NCBI GenBank assembly: GCA_015233115.1
Contig: JADFYJ010000003.1
Coordinates: 104,536 to 168,535 of the forward strand
Reading direction: 5' to 3'
DNA: 64,000 bases
Source: Candidatus Omnitrophota bacterium
Lineage (GTDB): Bacteria > Omnitrophota > Gorgyraeia > Zapsychrales > Zapsychraceae
The notes beneath the pieces were generated by a model. That model was not told where the DNA came from and did not search any database. It saw only the letters and a list, made by a program, of their open reading frames with translations. Positions 1-7,309 of the stretch are shown here, in pieces. Position numbers and translations under genes: made by a program. Position 1 is the stretch's first letter, and each line of letters begins with the position of its first letter.

Positions 1-120
1 CTTGGTAAGGCGACGGTATGAGGAGCTGGATGCCGGAGCTCCTGCGACGGCCGAAGCGCCAAGGAAACTCGCTCGGAGATTCGGTTTAAACGTAAACCTT
101 GTGTTTGGGGCACGCGGTTT
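1..120 (+). repeat. Structured ~125-bp palindromic element, copy A (long-apex variant, truncated by window edge)
   Basis: ...GCCAAGGAAACTCGCTCGGAGATTCGGTTTAAACGTAAACC...GGGGCACGCGGTTTG matches 3' arm and flank of copies B-G. Confidence 0.7.
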
Positions 121-151
121 GAAAATGAACGTTAACATTCAACTATAAAAT

Positions 152-1057
152 ATGGCAAAATTCAATTTAAAAATTTGGTTGACCGCAGTCAGACCTTTTT
201 CATTCACGGCTTCGATTATGCCGGTTATTTTGGGGGGTTGTCTGGTCTGGGGATACAAGCAGGTGTTCCATTGGGACCTGTTTTTGGCGTTTCTTTTTTC
301 TGCGCTGTTCATTCACGCGGGGACCAATTTATTCAGTGATTATTATGATTTTACGCGCGGCGTGGATAAGCCCGGGACTTTTGGGTCCAGCGGAATTTTG
401 ACGTCGGGAACATTACAGCCTGTACAAATTTTAAACGCGGCACGTTTGATGTTGGTATTGGGTTTTGTTATCGGATTGTTTTTGGTGGCCCGTTTAGGAT
501 GGCCTATTTTAGTTTTAGGATTGATAGGAATGCTCGGAGGATATTCTTATTGCGGCCGGATGTTTGGTTATAAATATCTTGGTTTAGGAGAAATTTTTGT
601 TTTTTTATTTATGGGGGTATTGTTATTTACCGGCATATATTTCGTGTTAACCGGGGCTTGGACGTGGGATGTGGTGAACGCGTCATTGCCGATTTCGTTT
701 CTAGTCGCGGCGATTTTATTTGCCAACAATATGCGGGATATCAAAACCGATAAGGCGATTGGCGTAATCACCTTAGCCGGCAGGTTAGGTTTTCGCAGGA
801 GTAAATGGCTTTATTTGTTTTTTGTCGTCGGAGCATATGCGGCGGTTTTATTTTTGATCATCAACAAAACTTTTTCATTATGGTCTTTCTTAGTTTTATT
901 GACTGCGCCTAAAGCATTAAAGAATGTAGTGACGGTTTTTGAGTGTCCTGCAAATCATGTGGATACAATCGCGTTCATGGATCAGCAAACAGCTCAATTG
1001 CATTTGAATTTTGGTTTATTTCTAAGCCTATCATTTATTTTAAGTCGAGTATTATGA
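152..1057 (+). CDS. UbiA-family polyprenyltransferase (MenA-like 1,4-dihydroxy-2-naphthoate prenyltransferase)
   Basis: 301-aa polytopic membrane protein; Asp-rich motifs NLFSDYYDFTRGVD and ANNMRDIKTD typical of UbiA/MenA; stop overlaps next start (ATGA at 1054-1057). Confidence 0.6.
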   Translation: MAKFNLKIWLTAVRPFSFTASIMPVILGGCLVWGYKQVFHWDLFLAFLFSALFIHAGTNLFSDYYDFTRGVDKPGTFGSSGILTSGTLQPVQILNAARLMLVLGFVIGLFLVARLGWPILVLGLIGMLGGYSYCGRMFGYKYLGLGEIFVFLFMGVLLFTGIYFVLTGAWTWDVVNASLPISFLVAAILFANNMRDIKTDKAIGVITLAGRLGFRRSKWLYLFFVVGAYAAVLFLIINKTFSLWSFLVLLTAPKALKNVVTVFECPANHVDTIAFMDQQTAQLHLNFGLFLSLSFILSRVL

Positions 1058-1671
1058 AGAAAATTTTCTTAAGCCTTGCCGCTGCTTTTGGTTTCTGGTT
1101 TTTGATGTTCTCCCCGTGGACCAGTCATAAAATTAATTTTTGGTTCGTGATGATGTGCGCGTCTGGCGCTTTGGCTGGCTGGGGCTGCTGGGCTCAACGA
1201 TTCGAAGTGAAAAAAATTTTTCCATTCGAAGGCAAGCATGCCTGGATAGGATTGATCTCAGCGATTGTTTTATATAGTATATTTTGGCTGGGAAAAGCTG
1301 TGATTCTGCGCCTGGTGCCATTCGGCGCGGGCGAGATCAGCCGGGTTTATTTTACAAAACTAGGCGCTGATCCAAGGTGGATCGCAGCGGCATTATTGTT
1401 TTGGATCGGGCCGGGTGAAGAAATTTTTTGGCGCGGTTATATTCAACGGAAGTTGTCGTCGATAATGGGGTCAGGAAAAGGCTATTGGGTTACGTCTTTA
1501 ATTTATGCTCTGGTGCATATTTGGTCGTTTAATCTTTCTCTTTTTTTAGCGGCTTTGATTTGCGGCTTGTTCTGGGGTTTTCTATTCCGGAAATTTAATT
1601 CCATATGGCCGTCATTGATTTCGCACAGCCTGTGGGATGTGCTGATTTTTATAATATTCCCTTTAGGATAA
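1054..1671 (+). CDS. CPBP-family intramembrane metalloprotease (CAAX protease-like)
   Basis: Motifs GPGEEIFWRGY (EExxxR), LIYALVHIW and HSLWDVL (HxxxD/N) in a multi-TM protein; start chosen at ATG 1054 (MKKIFLSLAAAF) rather than the upstream 943 ORF. Confidence 0.55.
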   Translation: MKKIFLSLAAAFGFWFLMFSPWTSHKINFWFVMMCASGALAGWGCWAQRFEVKKIFPFEGKHAWIGLISAIVLYSIFWLGKAVILRLVPFGAGEISRVYFTKLGADPRWIAAALLFWIGPGEEIFWRGYIQRKLSSIMGSGKGYWVTSLIYALVHIWSFNLSLFLAALICGLFWGFLFRKFNSIWPSLISHSLWDVLIFIIFPLG

Positions 1672-1676
1672 TCAAA

Positions 1677-1994
1677 GTAACAGAGTGACAGAGTAACAAA
1701 GTGACAGAGAAAAGGCGAATGTTGAAAAAGGCGATTGATGCTGGAAAAATATCAGACAAAAAATATAAAACACAAAGTTACAAGAAAGATTGGCTATAAA
1801 AAAATATAATAAATATCTAAATTTTTGGCTATTACATTTTAGTTGTTAATTTTTTTGTTTTTTGCTTTGATACTTAGTTGCTCGGTTACCTTGTCACTTA
1901 ACATGCATTATTAGTTTTATGTTATTTGTTTTTAGGTTTTTTTGTTTGGTGTTTTTTTACTTTGTTACTCTGTCACTCTGTTACTCGGTTACTT
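1677..1994 (+). repeat. Intergenic inverted-repeat cassette (GTRACMRA octamer family)
   Basis: L array 1677-1709 AGTAACAGAGTGACAGAGTAACAAAGTGACAGAG + AAAAGGCGAATG; R array 1960-1994 CTTTGTTACTCTGTCACTCTGTTACTCGGTTACTT (reverse complement); AT-rich spacer. Confidence 0.8.
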
Positions 1995-2003
1995 TAAAAA
2001 GTA

Positions 2004-3262
2004 TGTTACAGAACATTAAAGAAATAATTAAAGCCTTGCCCCTGACCAGCGGCGTTTATTTAATGAAGAATGCCGCGGGTGAAATTATTTATATCGGGAA
2101 AGCTGTTTCCCTGCGTAAGCGTGTTCAATCATATTTTCGTCCAGCTTCAGCTGTTTTGAGCAAAACCGACCTTTTGGTCGCGGATATCCGCGACATTGAT
2201 TATATTCCTACGCTGAGTGAGGCCGAAGCCCTTATCCTTGAGGCCGGACTAATAAAAAAACATCAGCCTCGTTACAATATTGATTTGCGGGATGATAAAT
2301 CTTATCCTTTTATTGAAATTACCAAAGAAACTTTTCCGAGGATTATGGTTACCCGTCCGAAGGAAAAGCGGAAAGACGCGGTTTATTATGGGCCGTATGT
2401 CAACGCGGGTTTGGTGAGGGAAGCATTAGGTTTGTTGCGGAAAATTTTTCCGTATTGTAATAAAAAGACCTGCGGGCCGAAAGAATGTTTGGATTTCCAT
2501 TTAGGATTGTGTCCGGGGCCATGCGCGGGCAAGATCTGCGCGAAAGACTATCAAGATAATATTAAGAACATTTGTTTTGTGTTAGACGGAGAAAAGGATC
2601 AGTTATACCGCGGGTTGCAGGGAAAAATGGCAGAGCTGGGCAGCCGCAAAGAATATGAAGAAGCGGCAAAAGTGCGGGACCAGCTGCGCGCGGTGTCAGC
2701 ATTATATTCTGGATCAGCCAATGTTAATTTTTATAAAGAGGCTGAACAATTGCAAAGATTATTGGAATTGCCGAGAATCCCGGAGCGCATCGAGGCTTTT
2801 GATATTTCCAATATTATGGGTGAACAGGCGGTTGGGTCTATGGTGTCATTTTTAAATGGGAGGCCGGACAAGAAAAATTACCGGAGATTTAAAATTAAAA
2901 CAGTGGAAGGGATTGATGATTTTCAGATGATGGCCGAAGTGGTGCACCGCAGGTATAAACGTTTGAAAGAGGAGAAAACTGTTTTTCCGGATTTGATTTT
3001 GGTTGACGGGGGAAAGGGGCAATTGTCAGCGGCTGTGGGGCAATTAAAGATTTTGAACGTGGATGTTCCGATTGCTTCGCTGGCCAAGAAAGCAGAAGAA
3101 ATATTTTTGCCGCGGAAACGAAATCCTGTCAAGTTATCGCCGGAATCATTGGCCTTACAATTATTGCAAAGGATCAGGGATGAGGCCCATAGGTTTGCCG
3201 TAACCTATCATCGTCTAAGGAGAACAAAAAATGCGTTTCGAAATCGCGATGAAAAAACATAA
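2004..3262 (+). CDS. uvrC: UvrC-like excinuclease subunit (GIY-YIG + UVR + endonuclease domains, no C-terminal HhH)
   Basis: GIY-YIG motif SGVYLMKNAAGEIIYIGKA, UVR motif EYEEAAKVRDQLRAV, DISNIMG...LILVDGGKGQL endonuclease region; ends at ...HRFAVTYHRL without the (HhH)2 domain; start 2004 (MLQNIKE) chosen because 1919-2003 is a repeat array. Confidence 0.6.
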
Positions 3263-3536
3263 ATTAACAAAATTTCAATGGCGAGTTTTAGAGGCCGCCC
3301 TTACAATACCGTTAGGCGAGACAAGGACGTATCAATGGGTAGCGGATCAATTGGGAAAACCAAAAGCTGTGCGCGCGGTAGGGCAAGCGTTGCGGCGCAA
3401 TCCATATCCGCTTATCATCCCGTGTCATCGCGTGATTAAAAGCGACGGCCAGCTCGGTGGATACGAAGGTGGCCCGTGCGATAGGAAAGCAGAATTGTTG
3501 GAGATTGAGAAGTATATCGTTAAAGAAATGGAGTAG
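3231..3536 (+). CDS. Methylated-DNA-protein-cysteine methyltransferase C-terminal (DNA-binding) domain protein
   Basis: PCHRVI active-site motif, Ogt/MGMT C-domain-like 101 aa; RBS AAGGAG 8 nt upstream; overlaps uvrC 3' end. Confidence 0.55.
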   Translation: MRFEIAMKKHKLTKFQWRVLEAALTIPLGETRTYQWVADQLGKPKAVRAVGQALRRNPYPLIIPCHRVIKSDGQLGGYEGGPCDRKAELLEIEKYIVKEME

Positions 3537-3539
3537 GGC

Positions 3540-4616
3540 ATGAACATCAGGGAAATGTTTGTAAAAATGGTGAATTTAAAAGCCTCGGATATTTATTTGA
3601 GAATTAAAGCCTATCCGCGGGCAAGAATTAACGGGACGATTGAGGTGATAGGTGATTCGCTGATTACAAGTGAAGAAATGATGAGTTTAACGCATGTGCT
3701 GCTGGGAAATGATGAGCGGCGTAAAATGTTTCAGGAAAAATGGAGTGTGGATTTTATTCATTTTGAGCCGGATATCGGCCGTTTTCGGGTTAATGTATTT
3801 ATGCAGCGGAATACCCCTTCCATTGTGGCCCGGCATGTCTTCGCGGCAGTAGATACTTTTTTTGATTTACATCTGCCGGAAATTGTTTGCAAAAAATTTG
3901 CGGATTTAACCCAAGGGCTATGTTTGGTTTGCGGCCCGGCTGGGAATGGTAAATCCACGACTGTCGCGAGTATCATTGAGCATATTAACCGGAATAAGTC
4001 AAAACATATCATAACGCTGGAAGATCCGATCGAGTTTTTATTCGAAGATAAAAAAGCTTTTATCAATCAGCGGGAGATTGGAAAGGATGTGGCCACATAT
4101 CCGGACGCGCTACGGTCTGTGACTTTGCAGAGCCCGGATATTATTTATATCGGAAATATCCGGGATTATTCGACCATGAAAGCGGCCATTACCGCGACGG
4201 AATTAGGCGCCGGCGTATTTACTACGTTTCATACGGTTAATGCGGTTCAAACAATTATACGGATTATTAATTTTTTTCCGCCGCACTTGCATGATGAAGT
4301 GAGGATGCAATTATCGTTGATTTTAAAAGGTTCCATATCTTTGAGGCTGATACCGCGTAAAGACGGGAAAGGTCGTATCCCGGCGTGTGAAACCTTGGTC
4401 ATCACTCCAACGATTGCTAGGTTAATTCATGAAAATAAAATTAAAGAAATTCAAAATTTTATTGATGAAGGCGCTATGTTTGGTATGTGTTCTTTTCAGC
4501 AGTCTTTAGTGGCTTTGGTAAAAGAGGGATTGGTGGATGTGGATGTAGCCCGGACTTATGCTGACAGCGCGGATGATTTTGATTTGGAAATCAGGGGAAT
4601 CAAAAGAGTTAGATAG
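3540..4616 (+). CDS. pilT: Type IV pilus retraction ATPase PilT family
   Basis: Walker A GPAGNGKSTT, ITLEDPIEF, PilT-type N-terminus ASDIYLRIKAYPRARINGTI; no other pilus genes adjacent. Confidence 0.75.
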   Translation: MNIREMFVKMVNLKASDIYLRIKAYPRARINGTIEVIGDSLITSEEMMSLTHVLLGNDERRKMFQEKWSVDFIHFEPDIGRFRVNVFMQRNTPSIVARHVFAAVDTFFDLHLPEIVCKKFADLTQGLCLVCGPAGNGKSTTVASIIEHINRNKSKHIITLEDPIEFLFEDKKAFINQREIGKDVATYPDALRSVTLQSPDIIYIGNIRDYSTMKAAITATELGAGVFTTFHTVNAVQTIIRIINFFPPHLHDEVRMQLSLILKGSISLRLIPRKDGKGRIPACETLVITPTIARLIHENKIKEIQNFIDEGAMFGMCSFQQSLVALVKEGLVDVDVARTYADSADDFDLEIRGIKRVR

Positions 4617-4617
4617 A

Positions 4618-4668
4618 AGATGTCAGAAGGTCAGAAGTCAGATGTCAGATGTCAGAAGAAAAAGCTTA
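4618..4668 (+). repeat. Unpaired left-type array (GTCAGAAG family) after pilT
   Basis: GTCAGAAGGTCAGAAGTCAGATGTCAGATGTCAGAAG + AAAAAGCTTAGGG. Confidence 0.7.
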
Positions 4669-4693
4669 GGGCGGTTTACGAACCGCCTTTATA
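4669..4693 (+). terminator. Candidate intrinsic terminator after pilT
   Basis: GGCGGTT-TACG-AACCGCC hairpin followed by TTTATAAT; lies just 3' of the GTCAGAAG repeat array. Confidence 0.35.
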
Positions 4694-4900
4694 ATAAAAA
4701 ATGTCGTTGGTTTTTTGCGAAGGTCTTGTTTATATATATATATGTAATTTTTATTTGTAATTAAATTATCATATAAACTATATAATTTGTAAATCAATCC
4801 AACGCCCTGCGTTTCTTTTGTTTTTCATTAATTATAATAATTTAATTGGATCGTAAGTTATTGATAATAAATAATTTATGGTTTTGAGGCGAAATTTTAT

Positions 4901-4929
4901 TTGACCTTAAAAAATGATTTTGATATAGT
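4901..4929 (+). promoter_or_regulatory. Candidate sigma-70/sigma-A promoter for purB
   Basis: TTGACC (4901-4906), 17-nt spacer, TATAGT (4924-4929); GAGGGAAA RBS precedes ATG 4980. Confidence 0.45.
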
Positions 4930-4979
4930 AGTGCGTTCAATAAACTTACCATCCAACCCACAAACCAGAGAGGGAAATT

Positions 4980-6275
4980 ATGTTAGATAGATATACACTA
5001 TCGAAAATGGGGAATATATGGACGGAAAAAAGGAAGTGCGAAATTTTCCTTGAAATTGAAGTGCTGGCTTGTGAGGCAAATTGCAAATTAGGGCATATCC
5101 CCAAAAAATCCTTTGAAAAAATAAAAAAGAACGCGAGTTTTGACATTGAAGAGATCAAACGTTTGGAAGAAAAAACCAAGCACGATGTGGTCGCGTTTAT
5201 CAATAATGTCGGGCAATCATTAGGGACGGATGCTCAATATCTTCATGTGGGTTTAACCTCATCTGATCTATTGGATACAACTTTATCTGTACAGTGCGTG
5301 GAAGCCAGTGAACTGTTGATTGGCAACGTGAAAAAATTACTTTTCGCTTTGAAACAAAAAGCTAAGAAGTATAAAGATACTCCCTGCGTCGCGCGGACTC
5401 ATGGTGTGCACGCTGAACCAACGACCTTTGGTTTAAAGATCGCGGTTTGGTACGATGAAATGAGACGGAATTTAGACCGTTTGGAACAAGCCAAAGAAAT
5501 GATGCGGATCGGAAAATTATCCGGCGCAGTTGGAACTTACGCGAATATTGACCCGTCAGTGGAAGAATTTGTTTGCGAAAAATTAGGCTTGAAACCCGCG
5601 AATATCGCGACGCAAATTATTCAACGCGATCATCATTGTCAATTTATCTCTACGATCGCATTGGTTGGATCAACTTTAAATAAAATTGTCACCGAGATTC
5701 GTTTACTTCAGAAAACCGAAGTGCTGGAGGTGGAAGAGCCATTCTTTAAAGGGCAGGTTGGTTCATCAGCGATGCCTCACAAACGTAACCCGGTCACTTG
5801 TGAACGTATTTCCGGTTTGTCCCGCATTTTACGTTCTAATGCCCAGGCGGCATTTGAAAACATTTGTTTGTGGCATGAACGCGATATCAGCCATTCATCG
5901 GTGGAACGGATTATTATTCCGGATAGCACGATCGCTTTGGATTATATGCTGCAAAAATTGATTCCTTTGATTGAAGGATTATTGGTTTATCCGAAAAATA
6001 TGATCAAGAGTTTAGGGATTACACGCGGACTGATTTATTCTCAGCGTGTTCTGCTTGAATTGATGAAAAAGGGATTAACTCGCGAAGCGGCGTATGATGT
6101 GATTCAACGCTGTGCCATGCAGGTATGGCAGGAAACTTCAGATTTTAAAGAAGTTCTTATGCGCGATCGTCACGTTCGAAAATATCTCAAAGAGTCTGAG
6201 ATCGAATATTGTTTTGATATTAAATATTATACTCGTCATACCGATAAAATTTTTAAACGCGTGGGGTTAAGATAA
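4980..6275 (+). CDS. purB: Adenylosuccinate lyase
   Basis: N-terminus MLDRYTLSKMGNIW and fumarate-lyase signature GSSAMPHKRNP. Confidence 0.85.
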   Translation: MLDRYTLSKMGNIWTEKRKCEIFLEIEVLACEANCKLGHIPKKSFEKIKKNASFDIEEIKRLEEKTKHDVVAFINNVGQSLGTDAQYLHVGLTSSDLLDTTLSVQCVEASELLIGNVKKLLFALKQKAKKYKDTPCVARTHGVHAEPTTFGLKIAVWYDEMRRNLDRLEQAKEMMRIGKLSGAVGTYANIDPSVEEFVCEKLGLKPANIATQIIQRDHHCQFISTIALVGSTLNKIVTEIRLLQKTEVLEVEEPFFKGQVGSSAMPHKRNPVTCERISGLSRILRSNAQAAFENICLWHERDISHSSVERIIIPDSTIALDYMLQKLIPLIEGLLVYPKNMIKSLGITRGLIYSQRVLLELMKKGLTREAAYDVIQRCAMQVWQETSDFKEVLMRDRHVRKYLKESEIEYCFDIKYYTRHTDKIFKRVGLR

Positions 6276-6979
6276 TGGAAAAGCGAAATCGTATTTATGA
6301 AGGCAAAGCCAAGATTGTTTATTTAACTGATGATCCGGATTTGGTTATTCAGTACTTCAAAGACGATGCCACAGCATTCAACGCGGCTAAACGGGGTACT
6401 GTCGCTGAAAAAGGGATTGCGAATAACCGCATTTCTTCCAAAATGTTTGAATACCTTGAATCGAACGGTATTCATACGCATTTTGTGAAACGGTTAAGTG
6501 ACCGGGAAATGCTGATCAAGAAAGTGCAGATAGTGCCGTTGGAAGTAATTATCCGCAATAAAGCGGCAGGAACATTTTGCCGCCGTTATGGCGCGGAAGA
6601 AGGCTTGAAATTAGAGACGACAGTTTTTGAATTGTCATATAAACGTGATGATCTCGGCGATCCCTTGATCAATGAATACCATGCTTTAGCTTTAAAATTA
6701 GCGACTGAAGAAGAGATTAAAAAAATTAAGGACATGACGTTTAAGATCAATGAATTGATGAAAAAATTCTTTGATAATTTGGGTTTGGAATTGATTGATT
6801 TCAAGTTAGAGTTCGGACGATTTAAGGGCGACATTATTTTGGCGGATGAAATATCGCCGGACACTTGCCGCATTTGGGAAAAAGGTACTGGCCGCAAACT
6901 CGACAAAGACCGTTTCCGTCATGATTTAGGCGACATTGAACAGGCGTATCAGGAAGTTTTGAGTAGAATTGAGAAGTAA
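6275..6979 (+). CDS. purC: Phosphoribosylaminoimidazole-succinocarboxamide synthase
   Basis: SAICAR synthetase N-terminus IYEGKAKIVY; start overlaps purB stop (TAATG). Confidence 0.85.
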   Translation: MEKRNRIYEGKAKIVYLTDDPDLVIQYFKDDATAFNAAKRGTVAEKGIANNRISSKMFEYLESNGIHTHFVKRLSDREMLIKKVQIVPLEVIIRNKAAGTFCRRYGAEEGLKLETTVFELSYKRDDLGDPLINEYHALALKLATEEEIKKIKDMTFKINELMKKFFDNLGLELIDFKLEFGRFKGDIILADEISPDTCRIWEKGTGRKLDKDRFRHDLGDIEQAYQEVLSRIEK

Positions 6980-6989
6980 AGTTTAAAAC

Positions 6990-7040
6990 GTGACAATGTA
7001 ATAGTGTAACAATGTGACAATGAAAAAGAGAAAAACGAAG
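6990..7040 (+). repeat. Left-type array (GTGACAATG family) after purC
   Basis: GTGACAATGTAATAGTGTAACAATGTGACAATG + AAAAAGAGAAAAACGAAG; partial inverse copies TTCATTGTCACG (7091-7102) and GCATTGTCACATT (7277-7289) flank structured-element copy B. Confidence 0.7.
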
Positions 7041-7140
7041 AGCAAAATAGAAATATAAATTTTATCTTTTTCACAATCATGTTTTCCTATTTCATTGTCA
7101 CGTTTTAATTCGTTTTGTTAAATTTTTGCGTTTTTAATAA

Positions 7141-7262
7141 AGCGCGCGGCAGGGCGGTTTGCATTTAAACCGAATCCTTCGCTCAAACAGCAGCTCCGAA
7201 GCGGAGCTGAACTCGCTCTGGGATTCGGTTGCAACGCCAACCTTGAGTTTAAGCAAGCGGTT
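7141..7262 (+). repeat. Structured palindromic element, copy B
   Basis: AGCGCGCGGCAGGGCGGTTTGCATTTAAACCGAATCCTTCGCTCAAACAGCAGCTCC-GAAG-CGGAGCTGAACTCGCTCTGGGATTCGGTTGCAACGCCAACC; upstream of purL. Confidence 0.8.
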
Positions 7263-7309
7263 AAAGTGTTTTTTTTGCATTGTCACATTTAACATAAGGA
7301 TTTTAAATT

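Noticed and set aside
1677-1994. Invertible-promoter (inverton) interpretation of the IR-flanked spacers
   Set aside because: It was considered because short inverted repeats flanking a 100-300-bp promoter-sized segment is the inverton layout. No recombinase gene is present and the downstream genes are housekeeping (purM, glyA, rpiB), which are unlikely to be phase-variable. It is kept only as an alternative testable by looking for inverted-orientation reads.
1919-2003. ORF-track N-terminal extensions at 1919, 12046, 22250, 39844 and 45543
   Set aside because: The extensions are translations of right-type repeat arrays (for example FVTLSLCYSVT) or hairpins. Downstream ATG/GTG starts with RBS spacing and homologue-like N-termini were preferred.
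4618-4658. Possibility that the short tandem arrays are CRISPR arrays
   Set aside because: Units are 7-9 nt with no spacers, no cas genes, and arrays come as inverted pairs. They are not CRISPR.
4669-4687. tRNA-like T-arm (GGCGGTT..AACCGCC) and a general tRNA search in all spacers
   Set aside because: No acceptor or anticodon arms can be built. Best read as a terminator hairpin. No tRNA or rRNA found anywhere in the window.
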